Shown here: one piece after another, positions 8,199 through 17,937 of the stretch | Numbering within the stretch: position 1 is the first letter of the stretch | Layout: each line of letters begins with the position of its first letter | Assembly (NCBI GenBank): GCA_938091905.1 | Contig: CALKOM010000030.1 | Location: 1 to 27,762 of the forward strand | Direction of reading: 5' to 3' | DNA: 27,762 bases | Source of the DNA: an uncultured Verrucomicrobiales bacterium | Lineage (GTDB): Bacteria; Verrucomicrobiota; Verrucomicrobiia; Verrucomicrobiales; DEV007 | Notes under the pieces: generated by a model | What the model was told of the DNA's origin: nothing | Seen by the model: only the letters and a program-made list of their open reading frames with translations | The model's database searches: none | Position numbers and translations under genes: made by a program

Positions 8199-9040
8199 AA
8201 CAACAGAACGACTGCTGGCAAACTCAGCGCCGCCCAGCTCAATGCGTGGAGAGCATCGATACTAAGGCGTTTCCGCATCACATAAATGCCAAAGGCAACG
8301 ACGACCACCAGCCCCATAATAATATAGTAGCGCACCATATTGCTACTTGGTTGTTTCGACTCCACATACGCTAGCCAAATGACGGTGCCTAACAGAAGAA
8401 AGAGCCAGACACCAATGCGCGCCTCGATTGATTGCCAATCTTGTTGGTGAGGTTTTTCCTGAGGAAGATTCTGGTGTTCATGACAAGCAATCGACAATAG
8501 GACGAGGCTCACCAGAAGCGTCTGTGCGATCATCAGCTGCAGAGCCGCAGGAGGCACACTCGCCATGCCAAAGGTCGGCAAGAGCACGCCAGCCGAATAC
8601 ACACCACCACGTACAATCTCGCGAGGAAGCGCCACCTTAGGTCCAATTTCTACGCGTGCAAAGAAGAGATAGAAGAGCACGGCCACCGCAAGAAAGATAC
8701 CGAACTCCATAATCGTCGTGGAGAGCGACCAGAAGATCAGGCGCGCCAAGATGATTAAGCCTACCAAGAGGGCCCCCATGAAGTAGGGGCGGTGATTACG
8801 AATAAAACGATGACGCCAGGTCGTACGACGACGAGAGGCCTCTAACAAACGGTCACCAAGGGCAATCACCCACACGGTCAGCGGCAACGCCGTATGAACC
8901 GATGTCGAGAGGCGGACGTTGGTCACTTCCGCGAAGAGAGCCTGCCAGCTCCAAGCAGAGAGCGGTGCGAGGATACAAAGGGCCGTAGGCCACAGCCACC
9001 AGGGCATGCGCCCGGGACTATTCTCCCCATCGACGGACAT
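8195..9040 (-). CDS. Polytopic membrane protein, possibly distantly UbiA-prenyltransferase-like
   Basis: Eight to nine hydrophobic segments and an N-terminal WLWP...AP..AW.WQ...DRLLE...RHRF pattern. Its stop overlaps the ubiE stop (shared TTAA). Confidence 0.65.
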   Translation of the reverse strand: MSVDGENSPGRMPWWLWPTALCILAPLSAWSWQALFAEVTNVRLSTSVHTALPLTVWVIALGDRLLEASRRRTTWRHRFIRNHRPYFMGALLVGLIILARLIFWSLSTTIMEFGIFLAVAVLFYLFFARVEIGPKVALPREIVRGGVYSAGVLLPTFGMASVPPAALQLMIAQTLLVSLVLLSIACHEHQNLPQEKPHQQDWQSIEARIGVWLFLLLGTVIWLAYVESKQPSSNMVRYYIIMGLVVVVAFGIYVMRKRLSIDALHALSWAALSLPAVVLLF

Positions 9041-9112
9041 GTGGACGCTCTACCGCGAGATGCGGCGATTGACAACCGTCCATCGCTCTTTCCAAACACC
9101 CCACCAGCCAAG

Positions 9113-10375
9113 TCACCAAGCAACCCGCATAAAGGGCCGTCCAACGGGCCACGTTGACAACGTCGTCTCGGTGATTTCCGGTCCCAACGCTTGCCAGGTC
9201 GACCAGACCTTCAGATCAGCGCTGGTTTCCACGCGATGTTCGCGCCCGGCGGTGAGCCGCAAATGGACACACTCGCGGGAGACTACCGTCATTTGAGGTG
9301 TCTGAAAACGCTCGACCACTCGGATATAGCCGTTGTCGTTTGTCGTGATGATGAGATCTCCAGTCGGAGAAAGGGTCACCGCTCGCGGCTCGGCAATCTT
9401 ATCACCGGGCGTAGAGAAATGTTGGCCATCGCCATTCCTGACATTCCCCCTAGGCGCCCCACTGACAAATCGCCAGATCAAGCCATTGGTATCGACATAC
9501 CAGACATCACCACCCTTCTGCGTCGCCAGAAAGAATCCTCCAGTTGGAAGAAAAGCGACGCTCCGCGCAGACTCCAGCCCGACACTCGTCGCAGGGACGC
9601 CGTCGATCATCGGTTCGTCCGTCGTGCCGTTCCCAGCAATTACTCTGAGCCCTCCATCGGCACCCACACGGTAGACACGATGGCTCGTTCCGGCGGTACC
9701 ATCGCCCGCCCGCGAGCTCACGACCAGCGCTCCGTAAGGATCCACAGTCAAATTACCTGGATCCGTCAGATTGGAGACGACCACCTCGATCCCCCCATCA
9801 GGGGTCCATCGTTTTACCTGATTCGTACCGTTGAAATAGACCAACTGCTCGTCGGGGCTCACCCACAGACCGCGTCCAGGACCAAAACCATCTGGGTCGT
9901 TGATCAACGTGGTGAGTTGGCCCTCGCGATCTACCTTGCGAATGCGTTGATTGAAGAAATCGAGGATGTAGACCACGCCGTCTGGTCGCACAAAGAGCCC
10001 ATTCGGATTGTCGAGCTGAATCTCGGTGGCCAGCCCTTCCTCGCCATTCATACCAGCGACGTGCGTGCCGGCATGGGTATGAAGAATCCCTGCGGCATCG
10101 ATCCTGAGCACACTGTGAGATTCCTTGTCCGCGATATAGAGGTTCCCCGCTCCATCCGCCATGGTCATGTGCGGATTCGACAGCTCGACTTCTCGCGCAA
10201 AAGCCCCCTCGAAAGAGGCTTTCCAGAAATTCTCATCATCCTCATCGCCCACCCCGGCCAGCGTCTTTAACGTGCCGTAGCTGGCAAAGACACGATCTCG
10301 GTCAGAAACCAGTTCCTGGGCTGTCGCAATCGGCATCAGTAGCGCAAGAATCAGTTTGAATCGAAATACAAGCAT
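9113..10375 (-). CDS. Exported NHL-repeat beta-propeller protein with C-terminal putative sorting domain
   Basis: Signal-peptide-like MLVFRFKLILALLMPIATA. NHL repeats such as LSNPH..ADGAGNLYIAD and LDNPNGLFVRPDGVVYILD. C-terminal HRVETSADLKVW...FMRVAW. The ORF-track start at 10699 overlaps the divergent gene. Confidence 0.85.
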   Translation of the reverse strand: MLVFRFKLILALLMPIATAQELVSDRDRVFASYGTLKTLAGVGDEDDENFWKASFEGAFAREVELSNPHMTMADGAGNLYIADKESHSVLRIDAAGILHTHAGTHVAGMNGEEGLATEIQLDNPNGLFVRPDGVVYILDFFNQRIRKVDREGQLTTLINDPDGFGPGRGLWVSPDEQLVYFNGTNQVKRWTPDGGIEVVVSNLTDPGNLTVDPYGALVVSSRAGDGTAGTSHRVYRVGADGGLRVIAGNGTTDEPMIDGVPATSVGLESARSVAFLPTGGFFLATQKGGDVWYVDTNGLIWRFVSGAPRGNVRNGDGQHFSTPGDKIAEPRAVTLSPTGDLIITTNDNGYIRVVERFQTPQMTVVSRECVHLRLTAGREHRVETSADLKVWSTWQALGPEITETTLSTWPVGRPFMRVAW

Positions 10376-10451
10376 AGGACAAGCTACTCTGCGGCAAGAA
10401 TGGCAGCAATGGATGCCTTGTCGGCTGCATCTCTCTGAGCATAATGAAACA

Positions 10452-13400
10452 ATGATCCGACGGCTCCTCGCTACACCCCTCTTCTTCGTGCTCATCTCGT
10501 GTGGGAACGAATCGGCATCTACCACCCCGACGCGCACCGCAGGTCCGCAGGCATCACTGCCAACGATCACGCCTGGCTCGCTCACTGTCCTCAAGACCTT
10601 CTCCAGCGGTTCAGCGCCGGAAGAGCCACTCTTCGAGGACGTGGCTACAGCCGCGGGGATCGACTTTGTCAATCCCATCGACAACGCCCATCCACTCAAC
10701 CGCCTCTACATCAGTGGCTTCGCCTCCAGCGGAGTGGCCGTTGGCGACGTCGATGCCGATGGCTTACCCGATCTCTACCTGACCCGAGGCCCAGGGGCCA
10801 ATCGCCTCTATCGCCAAACTGCTGCGTTTCAGTTCGAAGACATCACCGAGCAGGCTGGCGTGGCCATGGCGGACATCTGGAGTTCAGGTGCCGCTTTCGC
10901 CGATGTGAATGGTGACGGTCACCTCGATCTCTACGTGTGCGCCTATGACTCTCCCAATCGGCTCTTTCTCAATGACGGTGCAGGCAATTTCCAGAACAAC
11001 GCTAGCGAAGCAGGCGTGGCCGTGAAAGACGCCAGTCTCTCAGCTCATTTCCAAGATTATGATCAAGATGGGGATCTCGACTTCTACTTGGTGACGAATC
11101 GGCTTTACCGCGCGGGTGGTTTGCCTCCCAAAGAGCCTACCCACATCATTGATGGCAAACCTGCTATTCTGCCAGAGTTCGAGCGCTACTATAAGCTCGA
11201 GCAAACGGGACAGAATCGCTTCGTAGTGACAACCAAGGGAAGACCCGATCAGCTCTTTCAGAACGACGGCACGGGTAAATTCACCAACGCAACAGAAAGC
11301 GCAGGCATCACTGGAGACCACTACGGGCTCTCCGCCACATGGATCGACTACGACCAAGACAACGACCTCGATCTCTATGTGGCCAATGACTTCAAAGATC
11401 CAGACAGACTGTATCAGAACCAGGGCAACGGCACGTTTCGAGATGTGATACAACAAGTTGTTCCGCACACGCCGTGGTTCTCGATGGGTAGTGACGCCGC
11501 TGATATGAATAATGACGGGCTTGTGGATCTGTTCGTGTTAGACATGTCCTCCACGACGCACTACAAACAGAAACTCAACATGGGCGACATGGCTCGCCAC
11601 GCCAGCTTCATGGACAAGGCCGAGCCCAGGCAACTTATGCGCAACGCCTACTTCCTCAACAGCGGCATGGGCCGCTTCCTGGAAAGTGCCCACCTCAGTG
11701 GCCTAGCGAGCTCAGACTGGTCGTGGGCAGTTAAGTTAGCCGACTTTGACAATGACAGCCTAACCGATGTGCTCATCACCAATGGCATGACGGCAGAATT
11801 GACCAATGCCGACTTAGGCAGAAATCAATCTGAGTATGTCGGTCGTGAAGAATGGTCCTACCTCAAGGATCAACCACGCCGGACGGAGCCCAACATGGCT
11901 TTCCGCAATCGTGATGGATTCCAATTCGACAAGACCGCCAAAGCCTGGGGCATTGACCACGACGGCATGAGCTATGCAGCCGCCTGGGCCGATCTTGATC
12001 GCGACGGTAATCTCGACTTGGTCGTGGGTAATTTGAATGATAATGTTAGTGTTTATCGACATCGTGGTAGCGCTAACTCAAGATTACTCGTTTCTCTCCG
12101 CGGACTCGGAAAAAACCCGTATGGCATCGGTGCAAAAGTCACCGCGCGCACGGGTACACGCACGTTGACTCGTGTGCTCAATCCCGCCACAGGCTTCATG
12201 TCATCAAACGATCCCATTATTCACTTTGGGCTAGGAGATGCAGCTATCATCGACGAACTCGTAATCACTTGGCCTACTGGCACAATCCAGGTACTGGCCG
12301 GCGTCGAAGCAAATCGCCACTTACTCATCGCTGAGCCTAACCAATCAATTAAGAGGGACGAGCTGGCAACGGTGTCGATGTACATTCCTGTCAAGGACAA
12401 CAATCTTAGCGTGGCGAAGCACACTGAAACGACATTCGACGACTTCGCAACCCAACCGCTTCTGCCAAACAAGCTCTCTCAGCTCGGACCAGGCGTATCT
12501 ACCGAGGACCTCGACGGTGATGGTGATGATGACGTAATCTTTGGCACCGCTCGTGGAGAAAAGCCTCACGCCCATTTCTTTCATGCCGGGCAATGGCTCA
12601 TCGGCTATTTCAAAGTTGGCAGGTATGACGCCCACTGCGAAGACATGGCCCCCTTGCTTTTCGACGCCGATGCTGATGGCGACATGGATTGGTTTTCTGT
12701 GAGTGGAGGCGTTGAAGCTGGTCAGGCAACGCATCTGTTAGAAGATCGCCTGTATGTGCAACAGAAGCCTGATCAATTTGTCAAAACGACTAAAGCTCTT
12801 CCGAATCGCCCAGTCAGCGGCGGAGGGGCAGCCGCAGCGGATATCGATCGAGATGGCGATCTCGACCTCGTCGTCACAGGCCGAGTCATTCCTGGTCAGT
12901 ACCCTCTGAGTCCAGGAAGTGCTATTCTTCGCAACGATTCCAAAGTGGCTAACGAGCCTGTCTTTAAGGACGCCACAGATACGATGGCACCCGGCTTAAA
13001 GACTCTTGAGATGGCAACCAGCGCGCTCTGGTCGGATGTGAACAACGACGGGTGGGTCGATCTCCTCGTCACCACGGAGTGGGGACCCGTTCGGGTCTTC
13101 CTCAACCGCAGCGGGGTGCTCGAAGACGCAACAGAAAGCGCCGGGCTAGCCGATTACCAGGGTTGGTGGAACGGCATCGCCGGCCGCGACTTTGACAACG
13201 ACGGAGACATCGACTACGTCGCGACCAACTTCGGGCACAACACAAAGTATCACCCCACCAACGAGCAACCGAGCCGAATCTATTACGGAACATTCGGCGA
13301 AACCGCTACCCCGCAAATCATCGAGGCCAAGGTCTACGGGCAGACGGTCTTGCCTGTGCGTGGAAAGAGTTGCTCACAGAACGCCATGCCCTTTGTCCGC

Positions 13401-14159
13401 GATAAATTTCCGACCTATCACGCCTTCGCGTCAGCTACCCTGACAGAGATTTATTCGGACCAGGCCCTCGATACCGCCAAGCGTTTTGAAGCAAACACTC
13501 TCTCTACCTCGCTATTAATCAACGATGGCCAGGGCAAATTCACTGTAAAGCCCTTGCCAGAACTGGCCCAGATCGCTCCTGGTTTCGGGGTGGTCGCGAC
13601 CGAAGTAAACGGTGATGGCAATGCCGACCTCTACCTCGTTCAGAACTTCTTCACGCCACAACGTGAAACGGGAAAGATGGCCGGTGGACTTAGCGTACTT
13701 CTACTAGGTGATGGCAAGGGGAATTTCAAGCCGCTTTGGCCTAACGAAAGCGGCCTAGTCGTCCCAGGTGATGCAAAAGGCCTGGCCACCATGGATTTCA
13801 ATATCGATGGCTGGGTCGACTTTGTCGTCACCAACAACAACGCCCATCCTCAAGTGTTTCTTAATAACTATGCTGCTCAAACCAGCAACACCGCAGTCAC
13901 AGTCTCACTGGTCGGTTCGCTAGGAAACCGAAAAGGCATTGGAGCACGTGTGACGCTGGTTTCCACGAGTGGCCAACGCCAAACTGCCGAAGTTTATGCC
14001 GGCGGTAGTTACCTCTCCCAATCAAGCAGCCAGCTTCACTTTGGAAGCACCGAAGCTGATCCAGCTCATCAGGTGGAAGTGCGCTGGCCAGACGGAACCA
14101 CGAGCACATCTTCCATCACGAACAACGGCCGCCTGGAAATTGAGAAACAAGATGACTAA
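10452..14159 (+). CDS. FG-GAP/VCBS-repeat, ASPIC/UnbV-domain lipoprotein (CRTAC1-like), two tandem modules
   Basis: Lipobox ...FFVLISC after ATG 10452. Many DxDxDGDxD repeats. Two ASPIC/UnbV segments (GIGAKV...GFMSS..IIHFGLG...WP; GIGARV...SYLSQSS..LHFG...VRWPDG). Confidence 0.92.
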   Translation: MIRRLLATPLFFVLISCGNESASTTPTRTAGPQASLPTITPGSLTVLKTFSSGSAPEEPLFEDVATAAGIDFVNPIDNAHPLNRLYISGFASSGVAVGDVDADGLPDLYLTRGPGANRLYRQTAAFQFEDITEQAGVAMADIWSSGAAFADVNGDGHLDLYVCAYDSPNRLFLNDGAGNFQNNASEAGVAVKDASLSAHFQDYDQDGDLDFYLVTNRLYRAGGLPPKEPTHIIDGKPAILPEFERYYKLEQTGQNRFVVTTKGRPDQLFQNDGTGKFTNATESAGITGDHYGLSATWIDYDQDNDLDLYVANDFKDPDRLYQNQGNGTFRDVIQQVVPHTPWFSMGSDAADMNNDGLVDLFVLDMSSTTHYKQKLNMGDMARHASFMDKAEPRQLMRNAYFLNSGMGRFLESAHLSGLASSDWSWAVKLADFDNDSLTDVLITNGMTAELTNADLGRNQSEYVGREEWSYLKDQPRRTEPNMAFRNRDGFQFDKTAKAWGIDHDGMSYAAAWADLDRDGNLDLVVGNLNDNVSVYRHRGSANSRLLVSLRGLGKNPYGIGAKVTARTGTRTLTRVLNPATGFMSSNDPIIHFGLGDAAIIDELVITWPTGTIQVLAGVEANRHLLIAEPNQSIKRDELATVSMYIPVKDNNLSVAKHTETTFDDFATQPLLPNKLSQLGPGVSTEDLDGDGDDDVIFGTARGEKPHAHFFHAGQWLIGYFKVGRYDAHCEDMAPLLFDADADGDMDWFSVSGGVEAGQATHLLEDRLYVQQKPDQFVKTTKALPNRPVSGGGAAAADIDRDGDLDLVVTGRVIPGQYPLSPGSAILRNDSKVANEPVFKDATDTMAPGLKTLEMATSALWSDVNNDGWVDLLVTTEWGPVRVFLNRSGVLEDATESAGLADYQGWWNGIAGRDFDNDGDIDYVATNFGHNTKYHPTNEQPSRIYYGTFGETATPQIIEAKVYGQTVLPVRGKSCSQNAMPFVRDKFPTYHAFASATLTEIYSDQALDTAKRFEANTLSTSLLINDGQGKFTVKPLPELAQIAPGFGVVATEVNGDGNADLYLVQNFFTPQRETGKMAGGLSVLLLGDGKGNFKPLWPNESGLVVPGDAKGLATMDFNIDGWVDFVVTNNNAHPQVFLNNYAAQTSNTAVTVSLVGSLGNRKGIGARVTLVSTSGQRQTAEVYAGGSYLSQSSSQLHFGSTEADPAHQVEVRWPDGTTSTSSITNNGRLEIEKQDD

Positions 14160-14248
14160 CACGACCCCGTTGATGATATCGCAAGATTTTTCGGGATGCA
14201 ACCACCGGCGCGAAGGAACTCTAGCCAATCCTGCTGCGCTGGATGCGA

Positions 14249-17200
14249 CTACAAACCTAACAGCACACGAAGCCGATAATAACCTTCAACTGTAGCTGAC
14301 GTGCGTGACGCCTCGTCATCACGAGCACTTGTGCTATCGCCGATCGCCTCAAGCTCGGCCACGCTTTTCCAGGCTGGATCACTCAAGCTAGCGGTATGCT
14401 CAAGAGCGTAGAGAACCCCGCTGACGCTGCTCCAGGTGAAAGCAAGCCCATTGGTATCTCTCGTTAAACTGGTAATCCGAAGCAACGACGTGGGATCGTT
14501 AGGATCCGTTCCGGCGAAAAGTTCGGCATCGTTGTCCATGCCATCACCATCCGTATCAATTAGATTCGGCATCTGTGGCTCTTGGCCACCACCGGGTTCT
14601 CCCGGAGTGCCTCCGATCGCCGCACTCGCCACCCAGCGATCTGCACTGCCCAGGTCACCTGGCTCTTCCAGGGAAACGGGAACCAGGGCATAGCCTTCGC
14701 CGTCTGCCTGGCTCGGCCAGGCAGCGCCATCATTGTAGCTGAAGTCCATGATGGGCGTGCCTCCACCGAAAGACAGTTTCAACCGCTCACCATCATCGCT
14801 GAGGCGATTTGCGTCGTTGCCCTGATACTCACCTGCTACGTTGGCTCCTTCGCCATTGCGCTCTAAAAAAGCTTCCGTATTCCGAACGACTAGAACAGTT
14901 TCGCCCGGCGCTAACATCGTCACCGCACTGCCATCGAAATCGAAATCGATTCCCTTGGTAAAACGTACACCGCGCAAGTCCAAGGTCGTTGTTCCGCGAT
15001 TGTGGAGCTCGATGTACTCAAAGTCCGACGTGCCAAAGCCGAGCTCTTGCTCGGCATCCGTGGCAGATGACGGATGGTACATGAGTTCCGAGAGACGCAA
15101 ATCGTCTTGCAAAGTCGTCAAACTGTTCGGCTCCGTTGTGGTGAACTCCACGGCCTCCGACCAATTGCTAGTGCGATCCATCGAATCGACCATCCGCACA
15201 CGAACACGATAGGTTCTGCCAGCCCGCACCGTCGACGCGGGAATGGTCATTTCCTCTTGGAAAGTATCCATCCTGCCAGATTCCCACTCAGCATTCCACT
15301 CCCACTTAAACTTAGCGCTAGGATCGTAGCTAGGCAGGCTTGGGTCAGAGATTTCTGCCAAACGCCACTCCATGGCACCAAAGGGTTCACCGGGATTGAA
15401 GATCGATCCCCCACTTTTAAAAGCTGTGGTTTTGAAGGTCAGACCGTCGACAGGGAACCCATCAGGCCCCTCGTAAGTAGCTGTTGGCTTCGCAGGAGAC
15501 AAGGGGTCGTCGCCAAGCCAATCTAAGTAATCATCGCGGCCTTCCTGTCCCGAAAGTCCAGAGTCTCTGGACTGCGCTGTTGTAGGGCCGTTGCCCCCAG
15601 TCCAGGAGCCACCATCCCAAGCAAACGCCTTCATTCCGTCCACCCATTCACGTATATCATCGGGAATGGACTCACTACCCGCTTCTCTTGGACCACCGAC
15701 CCAGCGATCTCGCTCGGCGAGGCTGAAAGGCTCTAACTTATCCGCTATTCGGTCTAGCATGGTATTGAGTTGGTCCGTTTGCCAGATCAGATCACGCACT
15801 TCGCGAACCGTATTCCTGTAACCAATATCCAGGAGTTCACGATCTTCAGGTTGACGATTATCATCTTTCGCCCCCATCGCTTGTTTCACCCAATCCACGC
15901 CACCATTCCAGTTCGGTCCCCAACTCGTCTCTGAATCCCAGGGCAAGGTGTGCTGCAAACCTAACGGATGTTTTTCCGTCGGTGGAGTAAAGTAGAACGT
16001 CCGGTTCTTAACATGCTCCGCTAGGTTTGGAGCCACATCAAAGTGCCGCACGGCTTCGATGATCGCATGGTAACGGTGATAGTGATCATAATTGATATGT
16101 TGATTCAGCCAAGCAATGTCTTTGTCTCGCCGCGCCCCCAGAAGGATGTTAGAATAATCGGCCGCTTCATCCCCAGAAAACTTGCCTTGCACACGCTTGA
16201 CGTCGTTTCCATTGAGGCGCGTACTGACAAGCTTGTAGAGGTTGCCGTCAGCGAGCCCATGAGCATCAAGAAAGCGGGAGTCATAGTCTTCGATGGCCAG
16301 AAACATACCAAAGAAATCGCCCGTCCACTGCGCTTCCCTGTTCGGCCCGAAGATCGATCCTTTGGGAACTTCATCACGGCCTTTGACCACGCGGAAGTGA
16401 TACCAATGCGATGCAGGCGCCGGAACATCGACCAAGTTCCACAGCATATGGTTGATGAACTCATTAATCCCGTAGTTGTAGCCGCCACGTGAGGCGTTGA
16501 GCTTACCCGAATTCAAGGTGCGCCATTTCTCCGGGTAGGGATTCCCCCAATGGTCATGAAACTGCGCATGATTCCCGCGATTGAAACGGAATCGCATGCT
16601 TCGCTTGCCTTCGCCGCCATAACGGTCATTCCGCTGGCGTAGACGATACTTGATATGATCATAGACGACGCCGTTGTAGACAAACGTCCCGTTCCAGTTG
16701 AAGGCACTGCGCGTATCGAAGTTATCCCGACCCACTTGATCACCGGAGCTATAGGCGATGCATTGATCGAACTCATCTTCATCGGTTAGGAGGAAATACA
16801 CGGGTAGCGACGTCATGACCTCCTGTGGATGGGTGTAGGGCTCCCCATCAGGATGCACCGAACGGGTATTGGCGAGGTATTCAGGCACGCCATCATAGAC
16901 AAAGTAGGCAAAGTTTAACGAAGGGTCATCGGCGTGAGGCACCCTTACAGAGCCGCCTAGCCTATCAGTTGCGCGAATGCGGTAGCGCACGAGTGTGCGA
17001 TTGCTTGCCTGCACTGGCAACGTCGCCGTGTAGACGCCATCACCGGCCATCTCGTCATCACCAGCGCCGTCATCTAGCATTTTCACTTTTTCCCAATTGG
17101 CCGCATCTTCAAACTCGGGGTTGGGTTCGCGAGGGTCGTTGGGACGGCTTTTCCAAACACTCGACGAATGGGCCTTCAATGATTGAATGTAGTCGCCGGG

Positions 17201-17893
17201 CGCCACCACTTGATAGAGCACTTCTACTGTATCGACCGCATCGATATCAGTCACCTTCGCCGTGATCACGGCAGCCTCACTGGTAGTCGGCATCTTCGGA
17301 TCATGATCGACCTGGCGAATGAGCGGTGGCGCATTCGCCACGACCGTACTATTTGGCTCCCAGGGAGTCGGTGCGTCGATCGCGGATCGCCAGCTCCCAC
17401 CCAGATCGTTGTCCACATCGACGTCGATTAACTCCATGGAGACCCCGTCACCGTTCGCCGCAATGGGCCATGGAAAGGTCGATTTGTAGTTCACCTCATC
17501 CACGACAACGTCGTCCGCATCCACGAGACGAACCTGTTCGCCGTCATTGTCCAAGGTGCCACCACTCCACTCATCAAAAGCCTTCTCCCCACCGACAAAG
17601 ATGGACCCAAATTTCGCGTCGAAGTGCGACTTGTTCTCCGTGATTACGAGATACGCCTGTGGCTCCAACGTGACCCCAGCCGCAAACGTGTAGTCGATCC
17701 CATTGTTAAACTGCCACCCCGCCAAGTCGGCAGGTTCGTCCCCAGCATTATAGAGTTCAATAAACTCCACGTGTTCGGTCTTTGGCTCCGGATCATAGTG
17801 GATTTCATTGATGACGACTCGGGGAGCCGCCTGGAGAATCGGGGATAAGGCTCCTAGTGCCAGGAGCCCAAGAATTGAGCGAATGGGGTTCAT
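14249..17893 (-). CDS. Exported lamin-tail-domain / CotH-kinase / lamin-tail-domain protein with C-terminal putative sorting domain
   Basis: Signal peptide; LTD1 VVINEIHY..EFIELYN; MLDDG..D..AGDGVY segment; CotH-like KYRLR, KRSMRFRF, PWDSE; LTD2 LSELMYHP..EYIELHN; DTDGDGMDN; C-terminal YALEHTASL..W...GYYRLRV. Confidence 0.88.
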   Translation of the reverse strand: MNPIRSILGLLALGALSPILQAAPRVVINEIHYDPEPKTEHVEFIELYNAGDEPADLAGWQFNNGIDYTFAAGVTLEPQAYLVITENKSHFDAKFGSIFVGGEKAFDEWSGGTLDNDGEQVRLVDADDVVVDEVNYKSTFPWPIAANGDGVSMELIDVDVDNDLGGSWRSAIDAPTPWEPNSTVVANAPPLIRQVDHDPKMPTTSEAAVITAKVTDIDAVDTVEVLYQVVAPGDYIQSLKAHSSSVWKSRPNDPREPNPEFEDAANWEKVKMLDDGAGDDEMAGDGVYTATLPVQASNRTLVRYRIRATDRLGGSVRVPHADDPSLNFAYFVYDGVPEYLANTRSVHPDGEPYTHPQEVMTSLPVYFLLTDEDEFDQCIAYSSGDQVGRDNFDTRSAFNWNGTFVYNGVVYDHIKYRLRQRNDRYGGEGKRSMRFRFNRGNHAQFHDHWGNPYPEKWRTLNSGKLNASRGGYNYGINEFINHMLWNLVDVPAPASHWYHFRVVKGRDEVPKGSIFGPNREAQWTGDFFGMFLAIEDYDSRFLDAHGLADGNLYKLVSTRLNGNDVKRVQGKFSGDEAADYSNILLGARRDKDIAWLNQHINYDHYHRYHAIIEAVRHFDVAPNLAEHVKNRTFYFTPPTEKHPLGLQHTLPWDSETSWGPNWNGGVDWVKQAMGAKDDNRQPEDRELLDIGYRNTVREVRDLIWQTDQLNTMLDRIADKLEPFSLAERDRWVGGPREAGSESIPDDIREWVDGMKAFAWDGGSWTGGNGPTTAQSRDSGLSGQEGRDDYLDWLGDDPLSPAKPTATYEGPDGFPVDGLTFKTTAFKSGGSIFNPGEPFGAMEWRLAEISDPSLPSYDPSAKFKWEWNAEWESGRMDTFQEEMTIPASTVRAGRTYRVRVRMVDSMDRTSNWSEAVEFTTTEPNSLTTLQDDLRLSELMYHPSSATDAEQELGFGTSDFEYIELHNRGTTTLDLRGVRFTKGIDFDFDGSAVTMLAPGETVLVVRNTEAFLERNGEGANVAGEYQGNDANRLSDDGERLKLSFGGGTPIMDFSYNDGAAWPSQADGEGYALVPVSLEEPGDLGSADRWVASAAIGGTPGEPGGGQEPQMPNLIDTDGDGMDNDAELFAGTDPNDPTSLLRITSLTRDTNGLAFTWSSVSGVLYALEHTASLSDPAWKSVAELEAIGDSTSARDDEASRTSATVEGYYRLRVLLGL

Positions 17894-17937
17894 CCTAGAA
17901 ACCTACGCTGGCAACGGGCTGACAAGCAAGCTTCTCT

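Noticed and set aside
9191..10270. Long 359-aa antisense ORF, and likewise 24147..25127(+)
   Set aside because: No recognisable motifs; both lie opposite well-supported genes in moderately GC-rich DNA.
10356..10699. Apparent head-to-head overlap of the NHL and ASPIC genes
   Set aside because: Artefact of longest-ORF starts. Signal peptides place the starts at 10375(-) and 10452(+), leaving a 76-nt gap.
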